Of a stretch of 64,000 nt of DNA, positions 21,858-31,559 are shown piece by piece. Made by a program: the position numbers and the translations under genes. Under the pieces are notes generated by a model. It saw only the letters and a list, made by a program, of their open reading frames with translations, was not told where the DNA came from and did not search any database. The DNA comes from a virus. Positions within the stretch are counted from its first letter, which is position 1, and every line of letters starts with the position of its first letter. The stretch covers positions 64,001 through 128,000 of the IMG/VR virus record IMGVR_UViG_3300045988_171725; one strand, 5' to 3'.

Positions 21858-22865
21858 GTGAATAAAATGAAAGTGTTAGTTTCGCCTTTTGATGAAACGA
21901 CTAAAAATACCAAACTTGGTCAAGATGTATTCTTTATAAATGTTTTAAACACCTTTGATGACAGTAAAGAAAAACCGATTAAAGTAACATATGAACAAAG
22001 AGATACAATTAGCACCGCGTTACTTCTTAATTACCAAGACTATGATAGCGAAGGATTCTTTTGTGATTATACTCAGGGTTATGCTCCGATTGCTAAAAGT
22101 GAAGAATCTATGGCTTCGATATATAAGCAAGAAGTATCGGTTGGAGATGATAAAGAGATTAAAGCTTTAACTCGTTTAAAACCCGTTAAAACCGATATAA
22201 ATAATTTTAAATTTAGGGATTTTAATATATCAAACCATAGATTATACCAATATGTTTTGTATCCAAGTAATGCTCGGCAAGGAGAGGAAATAGAGAAAGC
22301 CACTGTAATTCCAAATAAAACTAATTGGGGTGCTTGGAGTATTACTGAATTGCATCCTGTTGCTGGAAATAAAAAACAATTTACTGCGACCGCTGATGAT
22401 GTGTGGTTATTTAATCTCAATGTTGAAACAGGAGAGCAATCCCAAAATATATCTCGAAATGAACAGCAAACTTTAGGACAATTTAACAAATATTCTCAAG
22501 GGCGAACGAATTATATATCGGGCAGTGTTAGTTGTTTACTTGGAAGTGAAGTTATTCCCGCAAGTTACATTAAACAAAAAAATGGAATCATAAATTCTAA
22601 CGGTGGTTATACCGAAAGACGAATTTTCGACACAAAACCGACCTCTAATGAGCGGGTAGATATGTTATTAGCATGGAGAAAAGTGGTGTATTCCTCAAAC
22701 CCGAAATTGCTTAAAGACCGTGCGGGGCAATCATTTTTAGTGACTTTAAACAGCTCTTCTAATAAACCAATGGATGCGGTAGGAATTCAGCCAAACACCA
22801 TAAGTTTCAATTGGACACAAATTGGGACAACCGAGGATTTGCAGATAATAGATGATACTTTATAA
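21858..22865 (+). CDS. hypothetical tail/baseplate protein (335 aa)
   Basis: Tightly coupled to the preceding gene (GTG 21858, alternative ATG 21867). Assigned by position only. Confidence 0.4.
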   Translation: MNKMKVLVSPFDETTKNTKLGQDVFFINVLNTFDDSKEKPIKVTYEQRDTISTALLLNYQDYDSEGFFCDYTQGYAPIAKSEESMASIYKQEVSVGDDKEIKALTRLKPVKTDINNFKFRDFNISNHRLYQYVLYPSNARQGEEIEKATVIPNKTNWGAWSITELHPVAGNKKQFTATADDVWLFNLNVETGEQSQNISRNEQQTLGQFNKYSQGRTNYISGSVSCLLGSEVIPASYIKQKNGIINSNGGYTERRIFDTKPTSNERVDMLLAWRKVVYSSNPKLLKDRAGQSFLVTLNSSSNKPMDAVGIQPNTISFNWTQIGTTEDLQIIDDTL

Positions 22866-22876
22866 GGAGGCATTGA

Positions 22877-24118
22877 ATGAGCAGTTATAAAGTTAGAAGC
22901 GCAAGTGGAGATATTTTGTCGTATTACTCAACAGAGACTTCTCAAAATATCTCCATAGAATGTATAAAGCAAGAAATAGACAATACCCCCGTGATAAACC
23001 CAAAATTTCGGTTTCATATTCTTAATGAAGACGAGACAATTCGAGAAGATATCCCTGAAGAAGATATAATCATGGGCGGGACTTATAATGAAAATTATCA
23101 GAATGGGCAACGTCGAAGTATCTCAATTTCACTATTTAATTACACTGGGAAATATACACCTTCCATAAATGGGTTATGGGTCGGAGTCAAAATAAGCTTT
23201 GATATGGGTTTAGAAATAAACGGTGTTACTATTTGGTTTAAGAAAGGGATTTATGTTATTTCATCGATCTCCCCCTCTCATGAACCTGGCACGACAAATG
23301 TTAGCGTAGAATTGAGCGATAAATTTGCCGTTTTAGAAGGCGCAACGGGAACATTTGAGACCTCATATACTGTTCCAGTAGGCAATGACATTCAAGAAGT
23401 GATTCAGGATTTGCTTAATTTGCAAAGAGGAAACGGGCAGGTAATCGATCCGAAACCCATAATATATAACAGCAAGTTTAAGGGCGCAAAAATACAAGCC
23501 GAAATACCCAAACAAGCAGGAGACACCATAGGTTCGATAATAATAGACATAGCCACCCAACTTAACGCGGAAGTGTTTTACGATGTCGAAGGAAATCTCA
23601 CGTTTGTTCCGATAAACGATGTGACTGGTGATGAGGATAAACCCGTCATATACCATTTTTATGATGAAAACGGGGATATCTTCAATAATAATTTGTCATT
23701 TGATCTTAGCGGAGCGATTAACCGCGTTATAGTGATTGGTTCGACTGTTAATAGTAATGTCATTATAGCCACTTCCGTGAATGATAATGTCGGGTCGCCC
23801 TTATGTTACCAGCGAATTGGATATCGAACTGCAAGCCCAATAAACGACTCGAATATTACCACCGAAATTCTAGCGCAAGAACGTGCCGATTACGAGCTTC
23901 GTCAGCACTTGATACTTAAATCAAGTGCGAGCAATGGCGTTCGGTATAACCCGCTTCTATCGGTAAACAATTTAATCGGTGTAACAGATTCGTTTTATGG
24001 ATTTAATCAGGAGCGATTTTTGTTGCAAAGTATAAGTTGCCCGATTGATTATAGCGGTTCGATGAGTATAACAAGTGCAAATATACAGAATTTCGGATTT
24101 TTGACGACTCGGAGGTAA
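22877..24118 (+). CDS. baseplate-hub-like protein (413 aa)
   Basis: AAGGAGG RBS. The segment IIDIATQLNAEVFYDVEGNLTFVPINDV resembles hub proteins (gpD/XkdQ style). This resemblance is weak and judged by eye. Confidence 0.35.
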   Translation: MSSYKVRSASGDILSYYSTETSQNISIECIKQEIDNTPVINPKFRFHILNEDETIREDIPEEDIIMGGTYNENYQNGQRRSISISLFNYTGKYTPSINGLWVGVKISFDMGLEINGVTIWFKKGIYVISSISPSHEPGTTNVSVELSDKFAVLEGATGTFETSYTVPVGNDIQEVIQDLLNLQRGNGQVIDPKPIIYNSKFKGAKIQAEIPKQAGDTIGSIIIDIATQLNAEVFYDVEGNLTFVPINDVTGDEDKPVIYHFYDENGDIFNNNLSFDLSGAINRVIVIGSTVNSNVIIATSVNDNVGSPLCYQRIGYRTASPINDSNITTEILAQERADYELRQHLILKSSASNGVRYNPLLSVNNLIGVTDSFYGFNQERFLLQSISCPIDYSGSMSITSANIQNFGFLTTRR

Positions 24119-24121
24119 GAT

Positions 24122-24385
24122 ATGGAAAACAATGCGGAACAACTTGTTTCTCTTATTCGAGAGTTAGTAAGAGAAGAACTTAATAAACGAGATAACACTT
24201 CGATCGGAATGGTGAAAAGTGTTAATAATGATAATACGGTGAATATTTGTTTATTTCCTGATTTTAATACTATAATATCTAATATAAAGAATTCTTCTAA
24301 ATATGAACTTAAAGAAAACGATATAGTAGTATTATATAAAATAAATAACCAAATAAATAATTCTTTTATAATTTCTAAATATTAA
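24122..24385 (+). CDS. small baseplate-associated protein (87 aa)
   Basis: GGAGG RBS. It is the last gene of the late block, directly before the terminator. Confidence 0.4.
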   Translation: MENNAEQLVSLIRELVREELNKRDNTSIGMVKSVNNDNTVNICLFPDFNTIISNIKNSSKYELKENDIVVLYKINNQINNSFIISKY

Positions 24386-24393
24386 TGATGATT

Positions 24394-24431
24394 AAGGATA
24401 TTAGATTTTCAAAGTCTAATATCCTTTTTTT
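24394..24431 (+). terminator. rho-independent terminator of the late/tail operon
   Basis: Perfect 12-bp stem AAGGATATTAGA/TCTAATATCCTT with a 9-nt loop, followed by TTTTT (24427-24431). Confidence 0.85.
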
Positions 24432-24478
24432 ATCCATTTTTGTCCGAAAGATTTTTTTGAAAAATTTACATTAAACGC

Positions 24479-24507
24479 TTGACAAATGAATTTTGTTATG
24501 TTATAAT
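24479..24507 (+). promoter_or_regulatory. early promoter P1 (TTGACA-17-TATAAT, TG extended -10)
   Basis: -35 at 24479-24484, -10 at 24502-24507, TG at 24499-24500. It lies 32 nt upstream of ATG 24540. Confidence 0.7.
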
Positions 24508-24539
24508 GGCAGCGAAGAATAAATTTTGGAGGTTGTATT

Positions 24540-24857
24540 ATGGCAAAAGAAAAGCTTAACACAATGGCGGTAAAAGTGGAAGATATTTTAAGGAACAAAT
24601 CGAAAGCTCGCGACGACGATAACGTGTTATACGCGTATTTCTTGAACTCGCTCGGTGTTTCGGTTCGTAAGACGTCATTTTGGGAAATCACGCGCCGCGT
24701 GGTGAATGGTGATTTGCCGTCGATGGAAAGTGTGGGGCGTGTTCGCCGCAAAGTGCAGGAACTCAACCCCGAACTCGTCGGCACGGCAGAGAAGAGAAAG
24801 ATAAGATATAAGGCGATCGACGATTACAAAGAATTCGCTCGCCAAAAGGAGATTTGA
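24540..24857 (+). CDS. hypothetical early protein (105 aa)
   Basis: GGAGG RBS. It is the first gene after P1. Confidence 0.6.
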   Translation: MAKEKLNTMAVKVEDILRNKSKARDDDNVLYAYFLNSLGVSVRKTSFWEITRRVVNGDLPSMESVGRVRRKVQELNPELVGTAEKRKIRYKAIDDYKEFARQKEI

Positions 24858-24858
24858 C

Positions 24859-25224
24859 ATGGAAGAAAAAGAGGTTTTCAAAGTTCCGCCGAAAGAGGTT
24901 CAACAGGCGGTCATCGACCGCGTTTTGATGCGGATAGAGGCGCGTCGTTCGAGTTTTACCCGCGAAGACGTAATCGGTTTCGCAAAAGAGGCGCAGATCC
25001 CGACCATATACGCAGAGGCAGTTAGCTCCGCTGTTATCGAGGATTTGGGCAGCAGAATTTTCTCGCGTTTGCTCGTAAACGGAATGCTCATTCCCGTAAA
25101 AGGCACCAACTATTACAGGAAAATCACCGAAGAAGAAATGCAAGCGGCAAAGAAGGCTTATTTGGCGGCGCAGGAAGAGACAACGCGGGAGGCACAAAAT
25201 GACGAAAAAATCGTACTTAACTAA
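24859..25224 (+). CDS. hypothetical protein (121 aa)
   Basis: AAGGAG RBS. The gene is tightly packed against its neighbours. Confidence 0.55.
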   Translation: MEEKEVFKVPPKEVQQAVIDRVLMRIEARRSSFTREDVIGFAKEAQIPTIYAEAVSSAVIEDLGSRIFSRLLVNGMLIPVKGTNYYRKITEEEMQAAKKAYLAAQEETTREAQNDEKIVLN

Positions 25225-25555
25225 AGAGCAGTTCGTAGAGTACGTCGGGCGGATAAAAGCGACGTGTGACAAAGACGATATGTTATCAGAGGCAATGGAG
25301 AAGGCATGTAACGATGATTGCCGAGTAATCGGCTTATACGGCGCTGAATGCTCCGCGATGGTTGATTTGCTCTCGCTCGCAATGGGGTCGGAAGTCGGGA
25401 CTTGCAGCGGGAATGAGATTGAGTATTTCATATACGACCTGAATTTCGGGAAAGATTACGCAGAAGGGTGTTTCACCGAAATGGACGGTACACCGATAGA
25501 TATTTCAACGGCAGAAAAGTTATACGACTATATTGCGTCGGAGGCAGAGAAATGA
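25199..25555 (+). CDS. hypothetical protein (118 aa)
   Basis: GGAGG RBS. Overlaps the upstream gene by 26 nt. Confidence 0.5.
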   Translation: MTKKSYLTKEQFVEYVGRIKATCDKDDMLSEAMEKACNDDCRVIGLYGAECSAMVDLLSLAMGSEVGTCSGNEIEYFIYDLNFGKDYAEGCFTEMDGTPIDISTAEKLYDYIASEAEK

Positions 25556-25917
25556 TTACAATGTACGACACGCCCAAAAAGGTTAAACTCACCGATTTAT
25601 TCCCTGATTCGGGGCGCAAGTATTATATTCAAAAGTTCGAGTACGGTGATTTCGATAATTGGGTTACGGCGGTTATATACGAAACGAGCCTCGTTATAAA
25701 CGATTACTCGCTCAATTCAAAAGCGGTAAAAGACGGGAAATATTCCGCATATTTAGCGACGACTTTTATCCCGATCGACGAAGCTGAAAAAATGGGCGGC
25801 AATTTTATAAATAGCAATTGCAAGTTTGTCGGTTGCGGGAATGACCTGAAAATAAGTAAGTTAGAAAATTTGACCGATTTCGAAGTTACGGTAGACGGGG
25901 AATGGACGAGAGGCTGA
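25552..25917 (+). CDS. hypothetical protein (121 aa)
   Basis: ATGA start/stop overlap at 25552-25555. The listed ORF start at 25468 is an unlikely N-terminal extension. Confidence 0.5.
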   Translation: MITMYDTPKKVKLTDLFPDSGRKYYIQKFEYGDFDNWVTAVIYETSLVINDYSLNSKAVKDGKYSAYLATTFIPIDEAEKMGGNFINSNCKFVGCGNDLKISKLENLTDFEVTVDGEWTRG

Positions 25918-25918
25918 A

Positions 25919-26974
25919 ATGCTCAAAGACATAAAGGAAAAGCTCATAACCAACGCGGACGCGCTCATTGAATTACTCGAAGAATTCGGATTTGAAAAAA
26001 TTACTCCGCGAGTAAGCGAAATTCGGTGCGCCCGCGACGCAGATGGTGGCGGCAATAACATTCAGATTCGTCTCAATAATAACGACGGCGCGTATGTTAC
26101 CGATTACGCACGCGGAACGAAAGGCGAAGATATAATCGCTTATATAATGCGTGAGAAAGGCGTTGATTTCCGCACAGTCGTTGGGAAAATTCAGAAAATT
26201 CTCGGTTTATCGGACGATTGGGCGAAGCAAAAACAATTGCCGTTATTCGGCGAGTTTTACAATCAAATCGGGCGAAAGAACGCGGAAATCGAAGTGAAGA
26301 CTTATCCTGAAAGCGTGCTCGACCAATACGATATGACACCGAACGAACGCTGGATAAAAGACGGAATTACGATCGAGGCACAGCGGTTTTACAATGTTGG
26401 GTATGACCAATACGACCAAAGGATTATATTTCCTATTCGTAATGCGGAAACGGGCATGCTCATGGGAATTAAAAAAAGACGCAATTATTCAACGACTGAC
26501 GAGAGTGACCCGAAATATGTTTACGAAAAAGACTATGCTTGCTTAATGAGCCAAACGCTTTTCAATTATTCGGAAAGTTACGGCGATTTATACGGGAACG
26601 AAGTTTGGGTTGTCGAGTCGGAAAAAACTTGTATGGTCAGTTACGGGTTTGGCGTAAAAAACATCGTCGCTCTCGGTTCGCACTCGTTGTCGGAAAAACA
26701 GGCGCAGTTAATTTTACAGCTCAACCCGAAACGCGTGATTATGGCTCTCGACGAAGGGCTGGATTTCGAGGCGACCGAAACAAACCTCAAATTGTTAAAA
26801 TCGTTTTCGGCGTTACGCGATATCGAATTTTGGTATTGGGATACGACGCTCGACCCGACGATCAAAGGGACGAAGTGTGGTCCGTGCGACAATGGCGCGG
26901 AGTATTTCGAAAAGGTAAAAAACGAACAGTTGAAGAGGTGGGATTATGGCAAAAAGAAAGATGAAGAAATTTAA
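25919..26974 (+). CDS. DNA primase (Toprim domain)
   Basis: VWVVESEKTCMVSYGFGVKNIVALGSHSLSEKQAQLILQLNPKRVIMALDEG contains the Toprim E...DxD pattern. The gene sits in a replication context. Confidence 0.6.
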   Translation: MLKDIKEKLITNADALIELLEEFGFEKITPRVSEIRCARDADGGGNNIQIRLNNNDGAYVTDYARGTKGEDIIAYIMREKGVDFRTVVGKIQKILGLSDDWAKQKQLPLFGEFYNQIGRKNAEIEVKTYPESVLDQYDMTPNERWIKDGITIEAQRFYNVGYDQYDQRIIFPIRNAETGMLMGIKKRRNYSTTDESDPKYVYEKDYACLMSQTLFNYSESYGDLYGNEVWVVESEKTCMVSYGFGVKNIVALGSHSLSEKQAQLILQLNPKRVIMALDEGLDFEATETNLKLLKSFSALRDIEFWYWDTTLDPTIKGTKCGPCDNGAEYFEKVKNEQLKRWDYGKKKDEEI

Positions 26975-27380
26975 AGGTTTTCACAATTTATCGGCGGGGC
27001 TTTTTGGCTATCGCGGTTGGTATTGGTATAAAAACATCGGTGATTTATGGATTTTGATTAAGCGTGTGTTTTTTGTCTTGAATCACGGTTATGCTCCGCA
27101 AGCGTTATGGGAAACTGACGGTTGGTTTATCGGCGTTATGCGGGAGATTTTGACAGATTACCGTAATAATCGAGGTTTCGTCGGGTTCTTTGACCGCGAA
27201 ACAGAAACCGAAGAAGAAAACGAGAAAAAGACGAATGAATTGCTCGATTATATGATTGGTTTGCTCGATAAAATGGAGCTTGACTATATATGCGATGAAA
27301 AAACGATGAAAGAATCTGATAAGGCGAGAACGGAATTTTTTACGTTGTTTTGTAAATATTTTTATAATTTTTGTGATTAA
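26946..27380 (+). CDS. hypothetical protein (144 aa)
   Basis: GAGGTGGG RBS. Overlaps the end of the primase gene. Confidence 0.5.
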   Translation: MAKRKMKKFKGFHNLSAGLFGYRGWYWYKNIGDLWILIKRVFFVLNHGYAPQALWETDGWFIGVMREILTDYRNNRGFVGFFDRETETEEENEKKTNELLDYMIGLLDKMELDYICDEKTMKESDKARTEFFTLFCKYFYNFCD

Positions 27381-27403
27381 TTTTAAAATTGGAGAAGGGT
27401 GTT

Positions 27404-27718
27404 ATGAAGGTTTTGGAAAATAACAAAGAGACAAAGGAATATCTCAATTCTCTCCCGAAAGCTTATATCGCGGCTTGTTGGGCTGGTTGGGGCGTTCGTG
27501 ATTTCCCGTTCAGTGGTAAATACGAAGACAAAGAAAAAACTATTCCGCTCGTTTGGGATTATTTCGATTTCAACGGAGCCGCCGATGAATGGCATTTAAT
27601 TAGTATTTACGACACGACGACTGGATTTATTGCTGGTTGGTCTTTTAATGAGGCGATGTTAAAAGATTATGTTCGTCTTAAAAACGCAGAACGCGGGGAA
27701 GAGTGGAGAAATAAGTAA
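27404..27718 (+). CDS. hypothetical protein (104 aa)
   Basis: GGAGAAGGG RBS then ATG 27404. The listed start at 27389 is a non-ATG extension. Confidence 0.5.
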   Translation: MKVLENNKETKEYLNSLPKAYIAACWAGWGVRDFPFSGKYEDKEKTIPLVWDYFDFNGAADEWHLISIYDTTTGFIAGWSFNEAMLKDYVRLKNAERGEEWRNK

Positions 27719-27743
27719 AAGTAATTGTACAGAGGTGGTATAG

Positions 27744-28205
27744 ATGGATTGGTTCGAAATATGTATTATTGTTTTGTGCGTAGTTGTTGTTTTGATGTAT
27801 CTCGTATGTACAGTTGGTTTTTGCATACTTACTCGGCGTTATAAAAAGTTTTACGAAACGACGGAAGAAGGCAGGAAACTTTATTGCGCCTTATACACGA
27901 AAGACCGTTTGGGCAGTAAACATGATTGGCTTGTAAATCGAATGAGTGAATTGCGAGATAAGATAGACGAATTTGAAACCTATTTCCCCGAAGAGAGTCA
28001 CGAAAAAGCGTCTATACATGAAATGAAAGCTCGATATAAAGAATACTCTGATGAACTTTATCGCACGAAAGAAGCTATGACTGATTGGGGTGAACGAATT
28101 AACAAAATGGTCGCGGCGTTGCCAAAAAAGTATAGCGATATCTTGGAGTACAACTGGGCAAATGCAAAAGTAGAAGTTAAGGAGGAGGAAAGCATATGTT
28201 GGTAA
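27744..28205 (+). CDS. membrane-anchored hypothetical protein
   Basis: N-terminal hydrophobic helix ICIIVLCVVVVLMYLVCTVGFCIL. RBS is AGAGGTGG. Confidence 0.5.
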   Translation: MDWFEICIIVLCVVVVLMYLVCTVGFCILTRRYKKFYETTEEGRKLYCALYTKDRLGSKHDWLVNRMSELRDKIDEFETYFPEESHEKASIHEMKARYKEYSDELYRTKEAMTDWGERINKMVAALPKKYSDILEYNWANAKVEVKEEESICW

Positions 28206-28570
28206 AAGATTGGTTAAGCGTAGTTATTCCCGCGTCGAATATTAAGGTCATAGACGGGAATATCTCAGCATATGGAACAAAGGAAAGTCTAGAAGAAAAT
28301 TATGGGGATTTCGACTTGAAAAGAGTTGAGCAAGTAGATGACACAGATCTGTTGATTCTTTATGTTTCGACTAAATGCCCTCATTACAAAACCCGAACAG
28401 TCAAACACTATCTGAGCGAATACGAAAGGGGATATTACGCCGCATTATACGGCGGCACTCAATATGAGTGCATTGACGAAGAAGAATCTTATTGTTTCGG
28501 GACGAAGAACTGCGAAGTTTGCCATTGTGGTGGAGATAAAAGAAAGTGTGATTTTTATCCCGCTAAATAA
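28196..28570 (+). CDS. hypothetical Cys-rich protein (124 aa)
   Basis: The C-terminal CFGTKNCEVCHCGGDKRKCDF cluster suggests metal binding. Confidence 0.45.
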   Translation: MLVKDWLSVVIPASNIKVIDGNISAYGTKESLEENYGDFDLKRVEQVDDTDLLILYVSTKCPHYKTRTVKHYLSEYERGYYAALYGGTQYECIDEEESYCFGTKNCEVCHCGGDKRKCDFYPAK

Positions 28571-28604
28571 AATCGGAATTTTATCAAAAACCTCGTTCAA
28601 ACAG

Positions 28605-28633
28605 TTGACAAACGGATTTCGGTGTGCTATAAT
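28605..28633 (+). promoter_or_regulatory. early promoter P2
   Basis: TTGACA 28605-28610, 17-nt spacer, TG 28625-28626, TATAAT 28628-28633. The shared upstream box AAAACCTCGTTCAAACAG is present. Confidence 0.7.
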
Positions 28634-28662
28634 AAAGCCACAGATTGAGTAAAGGAGTAAAT

Positions 28663-29367
28663 ATGAGAGAAGATTATACTTTTTACAATTGTTATTGTCA
28701 TGATAATGTTCCTATTGACTTTAAAGCTTATGTGCTAAATCAACTTAGAGATTTGGGTTATTTTAATTGGCTTAGAGATGAACCTAGATGGATTAAAGAA
28801 GAGGAAGATTTTTTAAATTCCACCCAAAGAATCCCTTACATAGAAAGGGAAATAAAACGAGACCAAAAAAGAATAAGAGAAGCCAAGGAATTTCTTAAAC
28901 AAATAAAAGAGCACCCTGATGAAGAGTATGGGAAATACGTGAAAGACGAAACCGAGAAATGGCAGGCGCAGTATAATACCAAAATTAACAACAAAACAGA
29001 TTATGCCACTGAGCGCATTAAATACCTGAAACGCCGTGCCGATGAGTTGCAGTCTTTTCTTAATAGTTGGGAGACGCCTGATGAATATTACAACGTGACT
29101 GAAACTTTGAATAATCAGCTTTTGACTGTAAGAAAAGAAGCCAAAGAGCAGCAAGAAGATAGAAAACTGTTTTATGACAACCTTGAAGACAAACCCGTTA
29201 TAGCGTCTGAGGAAGTTTATCTGGAAGATATTAAAGAACAGTGTGAAGACATTATAAAGAGAAGTCGGAATTGGATTTCTGATAATAAAAGAAATATCGA
29301 AAGAATGAAAAAGCAGGACGAGGCCACCCATAAATTATTTGAGTCTTTTAAACAGTTGGGTTTATAA
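28663..29367 (+). CDS. hypothetical charged coiled-coil protein
   Basis: AAAGGAG RBS then ATG 28663. The sequence is highly charged (Lys/Glu-rich). Confidence 0.5.
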   Translation: MREDYTFYNCYCHDNVPIDFKAYVLNQLRDLGYFNWLRDEPRWIKEEEDFLNSTQRIPYIEREIKRDQKRIREAKEFLKQIKEHPDEEYGKYVKDETEKWQAQYNTKINNKTDYATERIKYLKRRADELQSFLNSWETPDEYYNVTETLNNQLLTVRKEAKEQQEDRKLFYDNLEDKPVIASEEVYLEDIKEQCEDIIKRSRNWISDNKRNIERMKKQDEATHKLFESFKQLGL

Positions 29368-29382
29368 TAAGAGGTGTTGGTT

Positions 29383-29616
29383 ATGAAAGTTAAAGAATTA
29401 TTTAAAGTTGTAGATACAAGATTTTTCTGTCCTGATATTACTATTGTTGACGACGCAAACTCAAGAAGTGTAAAAACATTTAAGTATCCACAGGATGGCA
29501 GAACTTATGTTGATGGAATGCTTAATCAATTTGAGGATAGAACAATTGTACAATATGGTGTTGATTTTGGTACTGATGAAAATGGAATTGACTACATTAT
29601 AATCGAGGTAGAATAA
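29383..29616 (+). CDS. hypothetical protein (77 aa)
   Basis: GAGGTG RBS then ATG 29383. Confidence 0.45.
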   Translation: MKVKELFKVVDTRFFCPDITIVDDANSRSVKTFKYPQDGRTYVDGMLNQFEDRTIVQYGVDFGTDENGIDYIIIEVE

Positions 29617-29617
29617 T

Positions 29618-29875
29618 ATGAAAATAAAAGATTTATTTGATAAAAATAAAGGTAAAGTTATTATAGAATATCATAATGGTATTAAACACGAGTTTAACAC
29701 TTATGAAGAATATGAAAAATATCTAAACGATTATTTTGGAGATAAAATAGTTAATTCTGTGCTTAATGAGAGTATAGAAAGTAGAATTTCAGAGGTTTAT
29801 AGTTTAGAATTTAATCTTAGAGATGATAAAGGTAGAATTTTTAACTATGAAGAATTCTTGTGGGAAGTGCAATAA
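29618..29875 (+). CDS. hypothetical protein (85 aa)
   Basis: Coupled to the preceding gene's stop. Confidence 0.45.
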   Translation: MKIKDLFDKNKGKVIIEYHNGIKHEFNTYEEYEKYLNDYFGDKIVNSVLNESIESRISEVYSLEFNLRDDKGRIFNYEEFLWEVQ

Positions 29876-29876
29876 T

Positions 29877-30065
29877 ATGAATAAAGAAGAAATTTCTTGG
29901 GTTGTAGGTGAGGCTATTCATTTTGCTTATGAAGTTGGCTATTTAGATTGTGAGTTAAAAAGAGGCTATTCTAATTTTGATAAAATAGTAGAAAAAGTTT
30001 TAGAATATTTAGATAATGATTCTGAAAGAAATATATTAAAGAAACTTTTAGGTAAAGAGGTTTAA
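29877..30065 (+). CDS. hypothetical protein (62 aa)
   Basis: ATG 29877 lies directly after the upstream TAA. The listed start at 29823 overlaps the previous gene. Confidence 0.4.
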   Translation: MNKEEISWVVGEAIHFAYEVGYLDCELKRGYSNFDKIVEKVLEYLDNDSERNILKKLLGKEV

Positions 30066-30068
30066 GTT

Positions 30069-30368
30069 ATGTTTGTAATAAGTATAAAGAGAATATTTGA
30101 TTGTTCAGGAAACAAATTAGAGAAACCAGAATATGAATATTTTAGTTATGATAAATATGCGGGTTCTTTTAGTATTGGCTATCCTACTTGGGATGATTTT
30201 TATCATGCTGAAACTTTTAAAACTGCTGAACAAGCTAAAAAGGTTTATATGGAAAATTTACATATTCTTTATTGCTGTTGGAAAGATTATGACAGGGACA
30301 GTGTAAGAATTTGTGAAGTTAAATTTAAGCCTGTAGAAAAATTGCCTTGGAAGGAAAATAAAGATTAA
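30069..30368 (+). CDS. hypothetical protein (99 aa)
   Basis: AGAGG RBS. Confidence 0.45.
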   Translation: MFVISIKRIFDCSGNKLEKPEYEYFSYDKYAGSFSIGYPTWDDFYHAETFKTAEQAKKVYMENLHILYCCWKDYDRDSVRICEVKFKPVEKLPWKENKD

Positions 30369-30370
30369 TT

Positions 30371-30664
30371 ATGAAAGTTAAAACTTACCATATTGAAGTC
30401 AATTCCTTTAAGGAGGGAAAAGATTATTCTTTAGAGTAAACTGTAGAAGCAGTAGATATTTACGATGCCATGGAAGTAGTAGAAAATTATTGCTGTGACA
30501 ATCATGGAACTTGTGAAATTACTAGTGTGAAAAAAATAGATAAAAACACTTTTACATGTGAAGTTTGTAAAAGAAAATATCAGTGGGCTTTTCCATGCAC
30601 GCCTGATGACTGCGAGGAGAGGTTAAAAGATTTTTGTGAAGGAAAAGACGATAGGGTGGAGTGA
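30371..30664 (+). pseudogene. small Cys-rich protein gene with an in-frame TAA at 30437-30439
   Basis: ATG 30371 (MKVKTYHIEVNSFKEGKDYSLE), then TAA, then the same frame continues TVEAVDIYDAMEVVENYCCDNHGTCE... The listed ORF start at 30470 has no RBS. Confidence 0.4.
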
Positions 30665-30703
30665 TATGACTAATTTTAAAAAAAATAAAACAAGGAGAAG
30701 ATT

Positions 30704-31105
30704 ATGAAAAAGATTATTAAAATTATGTTGACTTTAATGATTGCTATAATGATGATTTTTGCTTCTGGCTGTAATCAAGCAGATACGATGAGATACAATA
30801 TTCAGAAGGAAGCGGACAAATTCAATGTCTATCGAAAGATTACATTTGTAAATCTATATACTGGTCAGCTTCTTTACAGTGCAGAAGGTTATTTTTCTGT
30901 ACAAACTACATATGACAACAATTATCAAGGACAACAAGAAATAGGTATCGTATTTAACGTTGCCAAGAACGAATATAAAATGGACTATTTCAGTATTGCC
31001 GAGAACGTATGCTATGTTATCGAGCAAGCAAAAAACACGACGGGAGATCCGTACCATTGGAAAATTGTTTGGTATATAGCAATTCCCGAAAACGTAGGTG
31101 GTTAA
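30704..31105 (+). CDS. lipoprotein (133 aa)
   Basis: Signal peptide MKKIIKIMLTLMIAIMMIFASG|C with a lipobox. RBS is AAGGAG. Confidence 0.65.
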   Translation: MKKIIKIMLTLMIAIMMIFASGCNQADTMRYNIQKEADKFNVYRKITFVNLYTGQLLYSAEGYFSVQTTYDNNYQGQQEIGIVFNVAKNEYKMDYFSIAENVCYVIEQAKNTTGDPYHWKIVWYIAIPENVGG

Positions 31106-31125
31106 AAATAAGGAGAGAAACAATA

Positions 31126-31455
31126 ATGAAAATTTGGGTTGATGATGAAAGAGAAATGCCAAAAGACTATAGTTGCACCGCTTGTACAACCAGATGTGCT
31201 CTTTATTTTATCGAGAAAGCTTTTTATAATAAAGATGATGTAGAAATTTCTCTCGATCATGATGCTGGAAAATATGCCGATATGGGCGGTGATTATATTA
31301 AAATTTTAGAGAAATTGGAAGAGTTATCTTATGAATATCCAATGGTTAAAGATTATATCAAAAACAAAATGACCTTTCATCTTCACACAGCAAACCCAGT
31401 TGGAAGAGAGAACATGAGAAGAATTATTCAGAAAAATGGTTGGAAGGAAGTATGA
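31126..31455 (+). CDS. receiver-like domain protein (cyclic-phosphate-processing REC-like family)
   Basis: MKIWVDDEREMP..., ISLDHDAG and HLHTANPVGRENMRRII match the pattern I recall for this common phage family. RBS is AAGGAG. Confidence 0.45.
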   Translation: MKIWVDDEREMPKDYSCTACTTRCALYFIEKAFYNKDDVEISLDHDAGKYADMGGDYIKILEKLEELSYEYPMVKDYIKNKMTFHLHTANPVGRENMRRIIQKNGWKEV

Positions 31456-31559
31456 AAGATAGAGATAATTTAAAATAAGTATAAAAATATAGCGTCAACT
31501 AATTTTATACTATAATATATAATTAAATTATAAAAATTATTTGGAGGTGCCATTAAAAT

